Source: an uncultured Anaerolineae bacterium | Lineage (GTDB): Bacteria > Chloroflexota > Anaerolineae > J036 > Brachytrichaceae | Reading direction: 5' to 3' | Length of the DNA: 64,000 bases | Assembly (NCBI GenBank): GCA_937927775.1 | Contig: CALBEF010000013.1 | Coordinates: 52,079 to 116,078 of the forward strand | In this document: piece after piece, positions 43,001 to 52,600 of the stretch | Layout of the letters: each line of letters starts with the position of its first letter | How positions within the stretch are numbered: position 1 is the first letter of the stretch | Position numbers and translations under genes: made by a program | The notes under the pieces: model-generated | What the model saw: the letters and a program-made list of their open reading frames with translations, nothing else | Told to the model about the DNA's origin: nothing | Database searches by the model: none

Positions 43001-44532
43001 ACAGCAGTGCTGGTAAGCGCGCGCGTCACGCTGATCACCGTCAGGGCAGGGTTGGCGCTGAGCAGCAGCGCGGCAACGCCGGCCACATGCGGCGTCGCCA
43101 TTGACGTGCCGTTGGCGGTGACGTAAGCGCCGCCCGGGAACGTGGAAAGCACGCCGACGCCGGGGGCGACGATGTCCGGGCGCGCCGGCCCAAAGGGCGA
43201 TGGCCCCCGGCTGGAGAAATACGCCACATCGTCATCTGGATCGCTGGCCCCAACCCCAAACGCGCCGGGCAGACTGGCCGGCGAACCGACCGTGCCCGCC
43301 TGCGGCCCTTTGTTGCCGTTCGCAAACAGCACGACGATGCCGGCTGCGCGCAAGGCGGCAATATCATCGGTAAACTCGGTGTCCAGGCCGTTGTCGCTGC
43401 CCCAGGAGTTGCTGAGCACGTCCGGCGCATGGGCCGGGTCGCCGCCCGGCGCCAGCATGAACTCGAACGCGGCGTGCAGCCAGCTATACAAGCCGTATCC
43501 CGCTCCGTTCAACCCTTTGGCGGCCATCCAGCGCGCGCCCGGCGCCACGCCTATGCCCTCGCGCCCGGCAATGCTGCCCATGGTGTGCGTGCCGTGCCCG
43601 TGCATGTCTGTGGGATAGGTGGCCGCTTCGTTCGTCGCGTCGAACCAGTTGCGCAGATGATCGGCTACCGGCCCATGTCCCCAGCCGCGATAGTTTGCGC
43701 GCAGCGCGGGATGATTCCAGTCCACGCCGGTGTCGATGTTCGCCACCACAACACCCGTGCCGGTGATGTTGAAGCCGCGCCAGACCTGATCGGCGCGAAT
43801 CTGCGCGATGCCCCACGTTGTTGTGCCCGGCGCCGGCGGATCGCTCATTACTTTGTTGTTCAGTGTGACGCTGACCGGCGAACGCGCCGGCAGTGATTCG
43901 GGAGACGGGCCGGCCAACCCACGCGCCGCGAGCAGCGGCGGAACCGCGCCCGATTTTAGATTTTGGATTTCGGGGTTTGGATTTTCGATTTTGGATTGCC
44001 GGCTGTCGGCGTTGATCCACTGCCGCCATTCGTCCAGACTGATGGAAGCCACCTCCTCGCGCGCGGCGATGGCTTTGACGACCTCCGGGGTTGTCTGGAG
44101 CGCCAGGCCGTTGAAGATCCAGAAGGAGCGCATCTCGCTGATCTGTGGCGCGATGTCGGGCCGCGAGAGGAAAGCGCGCAGGCCGGCCTGGGATGCCTGA
44201 GCGTGTTGCTGAAGCGACGCCGCCAGAGCGCGCCGGCGCGCAACCCTTTGCTCGCGCGGCATGGCCTCGGCGGGCGCATCCTGCGCCAGCAGGCTGGCGA
44301 CAGACGAAGGCCGGCTGTCGCGCAGCCGCACAATCACGCGCAACATCGCGCCGGGCAGGGCGGATTGCAGCGCCTGTTGCAGGCCGGGGGATTCGATTTT
44401 GGATTGTGGATTGTGGATTGTGGATTGTGGTTCGACAGTCTTACCACTGCGCGCCGCGTTGATGGTGTGAGCAGGCATCCACATCGCGCAGCACAGCGCG
44501 GCAAGCAGGACGATTCGGGTCAGGTTTTTCAT
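40009..44532 (-). CDS. Giant secreted subtilisin-like serine protease (peptidase S8) with multiple beta-sandwich domains
   Basis: Signal peptide MKNLTRIVLLAALCCAMW. Catalytic triad contexts VVANIDTGVDWNHPAL, HGHGTHTMGSIAG, NGTSMATPHVAGVAALL. CarboxypepD_reg-like repeats and a ~800-aa C-terminal region of unknown function. Confidence 0.9.
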   Translation of the reverse strand: MKNLTRIVLLAALCCAMWMPAHTINAARSGKTVEPQSTIHNPQSKIESPGLQQALQSALPGAMLRVIVRLRDSRPSSVASLLAQDAPAEAMPREQRVARRRALAASLQQHAQASQAGLRAFLSRPDIAPQISEMRSFWIFNGLALQTTPEVVKAIAAREEVASISLDEWRQWINADSRQSKIENPNPEIQNLKSGAVPPLLAARGLAGPSPESLPARSPVSVTLNNKVMSDPPAPGTTTWGIAQIRADQVWRGFNITGTGVVVANIDTGVDWNHPALRANYRGWGHGPVADHLRNWFDATNEAATYPTDMHGHGTHTMGSIAGREGIGVAPGARWMAAKGLNGAGYGLYSWLHAAFEFMLAPGGDPAHAPDVLSNSWGSDNGLDTEFTDDIAALRAAGIVVLFANGNKGPQAGTVGSPASLPGAFGVGASDPDDDVAYFSSRGPSPFGPARPDIVAPGVGVLSTFPGGAYVTANGTSMATPHVAGVAALLLSANPALTVISVTRALTSTAVPLSTTLPNNESGWGRVDAWNAVLSVISTGVITGRVLDGAQPISGAQIVAQSGPQQLHAVTGADGGYTIPAPFGIYTVTAGAFGYQPATSSPRIVITNSATVVNFNLTALPSGIVRGVATDVQSSIYLTQTVVRALGTPESSLANGGFPARYYALNLPAGVYTIEARLLGYIVQTRTVAVTDGSISELNFALTPTRRIAFVDSGAWYYGSAAAQYRAALDDLSLPYDELRVKRLPADTPTITQLLRYDTVIWSAPFDSPGYIGAGDVISRYLAAGRNLMLSGQDIAFYDGGGFLFEPYFSRLNAYYAADDIPSRVVTGAHGSLLTGKVLTIAGGDGANNQYLVDAVQVVNPDRGHALGQYGFVYRDYEAAGVYAAQCLNYKSALFAFGFEAIDSAAERADVLRRVRDAFDAPRPTMGVELLSRDTHFTGPAIGLPGQVVTHLARIRNTGEAGVTQTFALSLSGHTWPTSVASATVTLAPCASALVEISVTLPITALWNVSDTVTISASLVSSPAIQSAISFTSKTPAGILLVDDDRFYNREQDYLDALAAQGNFADRWDTRWGFGVANSPPITALRMYPLVVWFNGYDWFDPIQPAEEDTLRQYLEGGGRLLFSSQAALFYTELSAFTQNYLGVAAIDYDDVFSNVIGAPSALGDDFPGGSLLDSFGQFPYAWNLSTAVQPLSGTQVILRGDSGQPAGLARERPRNISGAAWRTTLLPFAFEALTATVRADLMNRIAGWLSWLGRSQIAPHQERIAAGDSVTFTITLRADEIISSPLAITPTVALSAPVSTDLFVISSTLPGWTIHSAGAWSGALQAGLTLSWTFVATTSAGLPAGAPLTATLHIATQQPDIRFTRHAALRAAAPRLISSLEMQPAAPSWRSLITFTARMTNAGSLLAPTALLTAVIPPGLMLLTHTVRGPQTGNVALDRNRVSWTGTLSAGASISLTYAVSVPGLHLTQRDFYHAVLIDDGTGTLSQSALWVSPGAQTRFLPVILR
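43952..44000. repeat. GGATTTT-family array inside the S8 protease gene
   Basis: GATTTTAGATTTTGGATTTCGGGGTTTGGATTTTCGATTTTGGATTGCC, minus-strand sense RQSKIENPNPEIQNLKS. Confidence 0.85.
44390..44440. repeat. GGATTGT/GGATTTT-family array near the S8 protease N-terminus
   Basis: GATTCGATTTTGGATTGTGGATTGTGGATTGTGGATTGTGG, minus-strand sense PQSTIHNPQSKIES. Confidence 0.85.
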
Positions 44533-45644
44533 ATCAGGTCAGGCCATGCAGGCGATTCGATTTCAGATTGTGGATTGCCGGTGATGCGCGCGATGGCCCA
44601 GGCCGCATGTTCGCGCAGCAGCGGCTCTTCATCGTTCAGCAGCGCGCGCAGGGCCGGCAATGCGTCGGGGCTGCCCCAGTTGCCGGCTGCCACACAGGCG
44701 TTGCGCAGCAGCCCGCGCCGTTTCGCGCGCAGCACCGCTGCGCCTTTGAAGCGCGCGTTGAACGCAGCGCGATCCCAGCTCAACACGTCGAGCAGGGGCG
44801 GGGCCATGCGCCATTCTGCCGGCGGGTAAAACGCATTGTCGCGCGTCGGGCGCGAATATTGACGCACATACGGGCACACCTCCTGGCACACATCGCAGCC
44901 GAAGATCCAGTTGCCCATCAACGGGCGCAGTTCCAGGGGGATGCTGCCTTTCAACTCGATGGTGAGATAGGAGATGCAGCGCCGCGCGTCGAGCACAAAC
45001 GGTTCGGGGAAAGCCTGTGTGGGACAGGCAACCAGGCAGCGCGCGCAGTTGCCGCAGCCGCACTTCGATTTTGGATTGTGGGTTGCGGACTGTGAATTGC
45101 CCTGCTCGTCGCCGGGCGCAGCGTCATCCGGCTGTATCTCCACCGGCGCGAAGATAGCGCCGAGGAAGAAGTACGAGCCGCGCGTCCTGTGGATCAGGCA
45201 GGTGTTCTTGCCGATGAATCCCAGGCCGCATCGCTCGGCCCAGGCGCGTTCGAGCACCGGGCCGGTGTCCACCCAGGCGCGTGATTCGCGGGCGATGAAT
45301 GCGCCGAGTTCCCGCAGGCGCGGCGTCAGAATATCGTGATAATCGGCGCCCCAGGCATAGCGCGCGATGCGACCGCGCGCGGGGTCGGTCAACAATTCAG
45401 CGGGCACAGCCGGTGTGTCGTAGCTTGCGCCGGCCAGAATGACCGTGCGCGCGCCCGGCAGCGCAAGACGCGGGTCGGCGCGCTTGTCGGCGCTGCGTTC
45501 GAGGTAGTCCATCTCGCCGGCATAGCCCAGGCTGAGCCAGCGCAGGAAACGGTCGGCGCCGGGGGTGGGGCCGGCTGGCGCAAAGCCGATCAGGTCAAAC
45601 CCCAGTTCCAGGGCGCGCTCAATGACCAATCGGGCTATCAGCAT
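44529..45644 (-). CDS. queG: tRNA epoxyqueuosine(34) reductase
   Basis: Two 4Fe-4S motifs (CGNCARCLVACP, CDVCQEVCP), CISYLTIELKG, and C-terminal HEAT-like ...ALRALLNDEEPLLREHAAWAI. Stop overlaps the S8 ATG (ATGA). Confidence 0.9.
   Translation of the reverse strand: MLIARLVIERALELGFDLIGFAPAGPTPGADRFLRWLSLGYAGEMDYLERSADKRADPRLALPGARTVILAGASYDTPAVPAELLTDPARGRIARYAWGADYHDILTPRLRELGAFIARESRAWVDTGPVLERAWAERCGLGFIGKNTCLIHRTRGSYFFLGAIFAPVEIQPDDAAPGDEQGNSQSATHNPKSKCGCGNCARCLVACPTQAFPEPFVLDARRCISYLTIELKGSIPLELRPLMGNWIFGCDVCQEVCPYVRQYSRPTRDNAFYPPAEWRMAPPLLDVLSWDRAAFNARFKGAAVLRAKRRGLLRNACVAAGNWGSPDALPALRALLNDEEPLLREHAAWAIARITGNPQSEIESPAWPDLI
44554..44579. repeat. GGATTGT-family short array at the queG 3' end
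   Basis: GATTCGATTTCAGATTGTGGATTGCC, minus-strand sense GNPQSEIES. Confidence 0.7.
45066..45101. repeat. GGATTGT-family array inside queG
   Basis: CGATTTTGGATTGTGGGTTGCGGACTGTGAATTGCC, minus-strand sense GNSQSATHNPKSK, directly before the first Fe-S Cys motif. Confidence 0.75.
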
Positions 45645-45690
45645 GGTGGCTCACTTGCGCGCCGGCTTCGCGGCAGGGCCGCATACGCCG

Positions 45691-46692
45691 TTATTTGACC
45701 TCGAAGTTGGCGACAAACTGCAACTGGTCATCGAGGAAGACGCGCACTTCGTACACGCCGGCGTCGAAGCCGTTTGGCGGCGACCAATCGATCGCAGCGT
45801 TGCCGCTGCCAGATCGTTCCCAGGGCAGCGACTCGAAGTACACGCTGCCGCCATCGCGGAACCAGTTGTGCCGCAAGCGCCTGCCTGCGGGCACGTTTTG
45901 AAAGTCGAAGAACACGTAGATGGACGGAACGCCGGCGTCGAATTGCAGGGATGGATTGACGGGCAGGCCGGACAGATCGATCCCGCCGGCAATGGCGCGC
46001 AACACGAAATACTTGTTGCCTGCTGCCGGGGCCGGTGTCGCGGTCTCAGTTTGAGCGGCTAAGGGGACATCGGTGATGACTGCGGTCGCTTCTGGCGATA
46101 GAGGGGACGGCTCTGGAGAGGGTGACTGCGCCGGGGGACGAGGCTCAACGGTATCCGCAGGCAGCGCGTCGGCGGGCGTTGGCGGCGCGAGAGAGGCATC
46201 CACACCAGGAAGCTGGCCGGATTGTGGCTGCTCGGAGGTGGGGGCAGGTTCCGGGGTTGACAAAATCGTGGCGACGATGAAGACATCCGGGGTTGTGTAC
46301 ACAGCCGGCTCTGCGGGGATGGCAGGATCGCCGGGCCGAGGCTCCTGCGGGATAATCCGGCTGGCGATGAACACACCGGCAGCGATGAGCAACAGCAGGA
46401 TTGACCACAGAAACTGCCGGTTGGCGGTGTCTTGTGAATGGCGGCGCGTCACATAGTAAGCTGCCCGGCGGGCGTGGCGCGCCCTTCGGATGGCGATGCC
46501 GAGGAGAATGATCGCGAATGCGGCAACGGCGGCAGCGATCACAGTCAGGCTGTCGTGCGTTGTGATCACATAAAGGATTATACGGGCGGTTGCACGGCGT
46601 GCGTCTTGTCGGGATGGAACCTCTGATACCAGATGATTGACCAGTTGCAACGGTTTTTTGTCGCCAACGACAGTCTGGTGCACTTCGTCCAC
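45691..46692 (-). CDS. Membrane-anchored Pro-rich hypothetical protein with C-terminal beta-rich domain
   Basis: Two TM segments (TVIAAAVAAFAIILLGIAI, FLWSILLLLIAAGVFIA), a P/A/E-rich spacer and a conserved-looking C-terminal ~110 aa. The start is uncertain (ATG 46692, or GTG 46569 preceded by TATAAT). Confidence 0.5.
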   Translation of the reverse strand: MDEVHQTVVGDKKPLQLVNHLVSEVPSRQDARRATARIILYVITTHDSLTVIAAAVAAFAIILLGIAIRRARHARRAAYYVTRRHSQDTANRQFLWSILLLLIAAGVFIASRIIPQEPRPGDPAIPAEPAVYTTPDVFIVATILSTPEPAPTSEQPQSGQLPGVDASLAPPTPADALPADTVEPRPPAQSPSPEPSPLSPEATAVITDVPLAAQTETATPAPAAGNKYFVLRAIAGGIDLSGLPVNPSLQFDAGVPSIYVFFDFQNVPAGRRLRHNWFRDGGSVYFESLPWERSGSGNAAIDWSPPNGFDAGVYEVRVFLDDQLQFVANFEVK

Positions 46693-48096
46693 GGCCAGAT
46701 GTTCATGATTCTGGGTGTGGCGATGTGGTTGCAGTGGCGGCAGCGCAGCCAGTTGGAATTGGCGCGCGCCCTGCCCTGGCTGGCGGCTTTCGGCATTCTG
46801 GAAGCCTTTGCAGTGTGGGCGAATGTGTTTGTGCCGCTGCAGGCGCGCTTACTATCCTCAGACACAATTGAGACGCTGAGATTTCTGCAATTGCTGTTGA
46901 TGCTGGGCGCGTTTGTCGCGCTGCTGGGTTTCGGGTTAAAGCTGAATGAGCCATTTTTGCCTGCCTGGTCGTCCTGGCGCATCCCGCTGTTGGTAGCCCT
47001 GACTGTGACGGTTGCGTTCGCGCTTCAACGCATCCTGGCCCCCGGTCCGGGGTCGGTGCGCAACGCGACGAGCGAGGTTTTTTTGCGCTATACGATCTGC
47101 GCGCCGGCGGCGTTGATGGCGGCGTTTGGGCTGCGGCAGCAGGCCGGCCGGCTGATCGGCCCGCTCCGCATCGAACGCACGGTGCGCGCCCTGCGCGTGG
47201 CCGGCCTCGGCTTTGTGCTCTATGCGCTGTTGGAGGGCCTGCTGGTCCCGGTGGCCCCGTTCTTCCCGGCCAGTGTCCTGAACGAGATCGCGCTGTACCG
47301 GGCGATCGGCGTGCCGGCCGGCATCCCGCGCATCCTGGCCGGGGCTGTGATTGCCTGGTCATTCCTGCGCGCGCTGGAAGTCTTTCGCGTCGAGGCCGAG
47401 CGCGTGGCCCAGGCGCTGCAACGCGAACAATCGCTGAACGCCGAACGGGAACGCATCAGCCGCGAATTGCATGACGGCACAATCCAGTCGATCTACGCCG
47501 CCGGCCTGGCGCTGGATGACGCCTGGCACGCGCTCGAATCCGTGCAGCCGTCGCCCGGCGCGCTGTCTCCCGAACAATCGGCGGCCCTGTCGCACACCCG
47601 CAGCCAGATGCGAACCGTAATGGACTCGCTCAATCGCACGGTGCAGGACATCCGCCGCTATATCTATGATTTGCGCGCCGCCGGCATGGAAGAAGACCTG
47701 GCGCGCGGGCTGGTGCAAATTGTCAACGAGTGGCGCGCGCGCGCGCGCCTGCCGATTGAGTGGTCTGTTGAAGGCCGGCCTTTGCGGGAGATGACCCTGG
47801 AGCAGCGCCAGCATGTGTACCAGATTGCCCGCGAAGCCTTGAGCAACGTCGCCCGGCACTCGGGCGCGACTCAGGCGCGCGTGGAACTGCGCTACGGCGG
47901 CTGCGCCGACGATCGGGCCGACTTGTGCCTGCGAATCAGCGATAATGGAAACGGTCAGGCGCCGCCGGCGGACCATCAGGGATATGGCTTGCGCAATATG
48001 CGCGAGCGCGCCCGCTTGCTGGGCGCTCACCTGACAGTGCAGAGCACGCCTGGCGCGGGAACTGTCGTGACGTTGCAATTCGAATCGCGGAATTGA
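46633..48096 (+). CDS. Membrane sensor histidine kinase (HisKA_3 / NarL-partner type)
   Basis: ~6 TM N-terminal region. H-box ERERISRELHDGTIQSIY. HATPase_c motifs ...REALSNVARHSGA...DNGNG...GYGLRNMRERA. Confidence 0.85.
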   Translation: MIDQLQRFFVANDSLVHFVHGQMFMILGVAMWLQWRQRSQLELARALPWLAAFGILEAFAVWANVFVPLQARLLSSDTIETLRFLQLLLMLGAFVALLGFGLKLNEPFLPAWSSWRIPLLVALTVTVAFALQRILAPGPGSVRNATSEVFLRYTICAPAALMAAFGLRQQAGRLIGPLRIERTVRALRVAGLGFVLYALLEGLLVPVAPFFPASVLNEIALYRAIGVPAGIPRILAGAVIAWSFLRALEVFRVEAERVAQALQREQSLNAERERISRELHDGTIQSIYAAGLALDDAWHALESVQPSPGALSPEQSAALSHTRSQMRTVMDSLNRTVQDIRRYIYDLRAAGMEEDLARGLVQIVNEWRARARLPIEWSVEGRPLREMTLEQRQHVYQIAREALSNVARHSGATQARVELRYGGCADDRADLCLRISDNGNGQAPPADHQGYGLRNMRERARLLGAHLTVQSTPGAGTVVTLQFESRN

Positions 48097-48099
48097 GAA

Positions 48100-48753
48100 G
48101 TGGGCAAGCTGAGACTGATTCTGGTGGACGATCATGAAGTGGTGCGCGTCGGTTTGCGCACGTTGCTCAGTCGCAATCCCGATCTGGAGATCGTGGATGA
48201 GGCGTCGAGCGGTCAGGAAGCTGTGCGCAAGGCGTTGATGCATCGCCCGGACATTGTGGTGATGGATGTGCGGCTGGCCGGCATGAGCGGCATCGAAGCG
48301 TGCCGGGAGATCACTCAGGCCGCGCCGGGCATCAAGATCATCATGCTGACATCCTACGGCGACGATGACACCTTGTTTGAAGCCATTGCCGCCGGCGCGT
48401 CGGGCTATGTGCTCAAGCAGATCGGCAGCAACGATCTCATCAAGGCTATCGAGACTGTTGGGCGCGGCGACGCGGCGCTCGACCCGGCCACCACCTCGCG
48501 CGTGTTCGCGCGCATGCGCGAGGAAGCGCGCAGGAAAGAAGAGAGCGCCTTTTCTGAACTCACCGAACAGGAGTTGCGCGTGCTGTCCTATTTGTCCGAG
48601 GGGCGCACCAACCGCGAGATCGCCGACGCGCTGATGTTGGGCGAGGGCACGGTGCGCAACTACGTCAGCTCGATCTTCTCCAAGCTGCACGTCAACAACC
48701 GGGCCGAAGCGGCCGCTTACGCGGCAGCGCACAACATCCGCGACTATCTGTGA
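48100..48753 (+). CDS. NarL/LuxR-family response regulator
   Basis: Receiver [13 protein letters not shown]...VVMDVRL...LTS and C-terminal Lux[50 protein letters not shown] start 4 nt after the kinase stop. Confidence 0.92.
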   Translation: MGKLRLILVDDHEVVRVGLRTLLSRNPDLEIVDEASSGQEAVRKALMHRPDIVVMDVRLAGMSGIEACREITQAAPGIKIIMLTSYGDDDTLFEAIAAGASGYVLKQIGSNDLIKAIETVGRGDAALDPATTSRVFARMREEARRKEESAFSELTEQELRVLSYLSEGRTNREIADALMLGEGTVRNYVSSIFSKLHVNNRAEAAAYAAAHNIRDYL

Positions 48754-48768
48754 CGGGGCGCGCCGCAC

Positions 48769-48859
48769 GTAGTGCGTGTTGCGTAGTGCGTGTTGCGTAG
48801 TGCGTATTACGTAGTGCGTATTACGTATTGCGTATTGCGTATTGCGCATTACGTATTGG
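48769..48859. repeat. 13-unit heptamer array (GTAGTGC / GTGTTGC / GTATTAC / GTATTGC)
   Basis: 91 nt = 13 x 7, between the response-regulator stop (48753) and the convergent HEPN gene. The last units encode the HEPN C-terminus and stop. Confidence 0.9.
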
Positions 48860-49271
48860 GGCGGGACAGGATTTCCTGCGCAGCTTGCAGAAAGAAATCG
48901 GCGTGCTGGATGGCTGCTTCAGCGTCTGCCAGGAAATAGTTCTGAGCCGGTGTCAAGTCCGGCAGGCTGTCCGGGTAACGTGTGGGGATGTAAAAACGGT
49001 CGAGAATCGCTGCGCACTGAAGCCATTCAGACCGGCGCTCAAAAAGCTCTGGATGCGGGAAGTCCATGACCAGACGCTGAATCGAATGCCCCCATCCGTC
49101 CAGGCCGTACAGCCTCCAGATCGCCTTCATCGCCTTCTCTGCGCTTTGTTGCGCGTTGAAGCAGGCATGAGCGTGCATGGCATTGTCACGCAAGGCGCGC
49201 GCTGCGCGCAGGTCGTCCTGCGCGGTGGAAAGCCAGCGCGCGGCCTCGTGATGGTCTTTACTCTGACTCAT
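48849..49271 (-). CDS. HEPN domain protein (toxin-like partner of MNT)
   Basis: 140 aa. ...ACFNAQQSAEKAMKAI...HSI..L...DRFYIPTRYPD is a HEPN-type pattern. Overlaps the upstream MNT gene by 14 nt. Confidence 0.78.
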   Translation of the reverse strand: MSQSKDHHEAARWLSTAQDDLRAARALRDNAMHAHACFNAQQSAEKAMKAIWRLYGLDGWGHSIQRLVMDFPHPELFERRSEWLQCAAILDRFYIPTRYPDSLPDLTPAQNYFLADAEAAIQHADFFLQAAQEILSRPNT

Positions 49272-49599
49272 AGATCACACGTCCTTCGCGCAGAATCGTG
49301 GCTATAAAAGGACGATGCCGCATCGCCTCCAGTTCATCCGGCGTGTAAATCAGCGCGTCGATCTCTCGATGGGGCCGAACGGCCAGCATCAGCTCGGTGA
49401 GCAGGCCCTCGTAACGGTCAAAGAATCGTTTGTCGGTGTTCTGGATCAGCAGCAGATCCAAATCGCTGCGCGGAGACGGCTCGCCGCGCGCAAACGACCC
49501 AAACACAATCGCCTTTTGCACGTTGTGCCGGATCAGGACAGGCGTGACCTGATCGCGGATGCGCTGAAGGTCAGGGGCGAGATCGATCGTTGCGCTCAT
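49258..49599 (-). CDS. Minimal nucleotidyltransferase (MNT, antitoxin-like partner of HEPN)
   Basis: IVFGSFARGEPSPRSDLDLLL carries the GS-x10-DxD NTase motif. Start at MSATIDL (ATG 49599). Confidence 0.8.
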   Translation of the reverse strand: MSATIDLAPDLQRIRDQVTPVLIRHNVQKAIVFGSFARGEPSPRSDLDLLLIQNTDKRFFDRYEGLLTELMLAVRPHREIDALIYTPDELEAMRHRPFIATILREGRVIYESE

Positions 49600-49656
49600 G
49601 GCGATTGCCTCAACCAGTATAGCGGAAGACGCCCGCGCTCGCGCTACAATGCTTCC

Positions 49657-52600
49657 ATGCCGACTGCCAATAGTTCCCTCCAACAGGCGCTCGCCCGACA
49701 CGTTTCCGGCGAAGTGCGCTTTGACGACGCGATGCGCGTGCTCTACAGCACTGACGCCAGCAATTATCAGGTGTGGCCGCAGGGCGTGGTGTTGCCCAGG
49801 ACTGCCGACGATGTCATTGCGGCCGTCAACCTATGCGCCGAACATGGCGCGCCGATCATCCCGCGCGGCGGGGGCAGCGGGCTGTGCGGCCAGGCCATCG
49901 GCCCCGGCGTCATCCTCGATCTCTCCAAATACATGAATCAGGCGCTGGAGGTGGATGCGGCAGGCCGGCGCGCGCATGTTCAGCCCGGCATGGTGCTGCA
50001 ACAGTTGAACAAGCAACTCGCGCCCATGAAGTTGCAGTTCGGCCCCGATCCGGCCAGCGGCGAGCGAGCGGTCATCGGCGGCATCATCGGCACAAACGCC
50101 ACCGGCGCGCACTCCATCCGCCACGGCATGACTGCCGACCATGTGATTGCCATGCGCTGCGTGCTGGCCGATGGCACGCTGGTCGAGTTTGGCCCGCGCG
50201 AGAACGGCCCACAGGGCAAACTCGAACAGGCCATCGCCGACATCGTGCGCCGCCATGAGGCCGTTATCCGCCGCGATTTTCCGCAGGTGTGGCGCCGGGC
50301 CAGCGGCTACAACGTGGACTTTATCGCTGAAATGCTGGCCTGGGATCCGACCCATCCAGAGGCCGCGCTGCTCGACGCCAGCCGCAACCGGCAGTCGCTG
50401 AACTACCAGTCGCATCTCGACATGATCAGCCGGTTCAACCTGTCGCCGCTGATTGTGGGATCAGAGGGCACGCTGGCCGTGGTGCTGGACGCCACGCTGA
50501 AGCTGATGCCGAAGCCGGCGCGCACCGGCCTGGTGGTGTGCGCGTTCAACTCGCTGTCCGATGCGATGGACGCTACGCCGGCCATGTTGACCAGCGATCC
50601 CTCCGCGCTGGAGCTGATGGATGGCTTGATGGCGCGCCTGGCGCGCGGCCTGCCGGAGCAGGCGCGCAAGATGACCTGGCTGAGCGGCGAGCCGGACGCC
50701 GTGTTGATCGTGGAGTTCGACGGCGAAACAGAAAATGAAGTGAAGGCCGGCTTCGAGCGGCTGAAGCGCGTGCTGGCGCAGGAGCGCATCCCCTGCTCGG
50801 TCGCCGAGTTGATCGACCCGCAGGCGCAGGCCGACGTGTGGGCCGTGCGCAAGATCGGGCTGGGCATTCTGCTGAGCATCCGCAGCGACCACAAGCCGAT
50901 TTCGGTGATCGAAGATGTGGCGGTGCCGGTGGCGCGGCTGGGCGAATATGTGCGCCGGATGCGCGAGGTGTTCGCCCGCCATAAAACGGATGGCGCGTTC
51001 TACGCCCACGCCAGCGCCGGCGTGCTGCATGTGCGTCCGCTGGTCAACCTCAAGACGCTGGAAGGGCTGCGCGCCATGGAGGACATCGGCCTGAGCGCGC
51101 TGGCGCTGTGCCGCGAGATGGGCGGCGCGCTCAGCGGCGAGCACGGCGACGGCTACGAGCGCACGCGCTGGAACGAGGCGCTGTACGGCAAAGCGGTGTA
51201 TCAGGCGTTTTGCGAGATCAAGGACGCCTTCGACCCGCGCGGTCTGTTGAATCCCGGCAAGAAAGTGCGCGGCGAAGCAATGGAAGACTTCATGCGCATC
51301 GGGCCATGGCTGAAGATGAAGCCGTATGCAAGCGTGTTCACCTATCAGCAGGACGGCTCGTTTGCCGGCCTGGTGGAGCAGTGCAACGGCAACGGCATCT
51401 GTCGCAAATTAGACGGCGGCGTGATGTGCCCGTCGTACCGCGCCACGCTCGATGAAACCCACAGCACGCGCGGGCGGGCCAACCTGCTGCGCCATTTCAT
51501 CACCGATCGCGCGACGTGGAAACGAAACGACCGCCAGCCGGCAGAAAAGGCCGGCGCTCAATCGTCAATCGCTCAATCGTCAATCGCTCAATCGTCAATC
51601 GTCAATCCTTCTGACGTTCCCGTTATTTCGATGGACGACGTGAAATCCGCGCTGTCGTTGTGTCTGTCCTGCAAAGCCTGCCACACCGAATGCCCGTCCA
51701 GCGTGGACATGTCGAAGCTCAAGAGCGACTTTCTGGAGCACTACTACGCCGAGCGCGGCAAGCCGTTGCGCGCGTGGATGTTCGGCCACTTTGCCAATCT
51801 CAGCGCGCTGGCCGCGCCGTTTGCGCCGCTGGTCAACCGGCTGTTTGCGTTGCCGCCGGCCAAGTGGGCGATGCGCCGTATCGGGATCACCGATCAGCGT
51901 CCGTTCCCCCATTTCGCCTCGCAGACTTTCAAGGCGTGGTGGCGGCGTCAGGAGACAGGAGACAGGAGTCAGGAGTCAGACGAGTCGCCAATCCCCAATC
52001 CCCAATCCAAAATCAAAAATCCAAAATCGGTGGTGTTGTTTGCCGACACATTCGCCAACTACAACCACCCGCATGTGGCGCAGCGGGCGGTGGCATTGCT
52101 GGAGGCAGCCGGCTATTGCGTGATTGTGCCGGACTGCAAGTGCTGCGGGCGCACGCTGGTGTCGCAGGGCCAGCCGGGCGAGGTTGTGCCGCTCGCCAGA
52201 CACAACATCAGGACGCTGGCGCCGTTGGCGAAGCAGGGCCTGCCGATTCTGGGTCTGGAGCCGAGCTGCATCGCCATGTTCAAGGATGACTATCTGGACA
52301 TGCTGCCCGGCGATGACACTACAGCCGTGGCCGACGCCTTCATGGGCGTCGAGGACTTTCTGGCGCGCGAGGCAGCCGGCGGCGAGCGCGGCTTCAGCCT
52401 GAGCCGGCGCTTCCCGAACAACACCGATGTGCTGGTTCACGGCCACTGCCACCAGAAGGCCGGCTGGGGCACGCAGGGCATGAAGCAGGCCATGACAATG
52501 GCCGGCTATCGCGTGAAAGAGGTCGATTCGACGTGCTGCGGCATGGCCGGCGCGTTCGGCTATGAAGCCGAGCATTTTGAGGTGTCGCGCAAGGTCGGCG

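Noticed and set aside
48769-48859. Could the short tandem arrays be CRISPR arrays?
   Set aside because: Units are only 7-9 nt and directly abutting, with no unique spacers of ~30 nt. No cas genes are present in the window.
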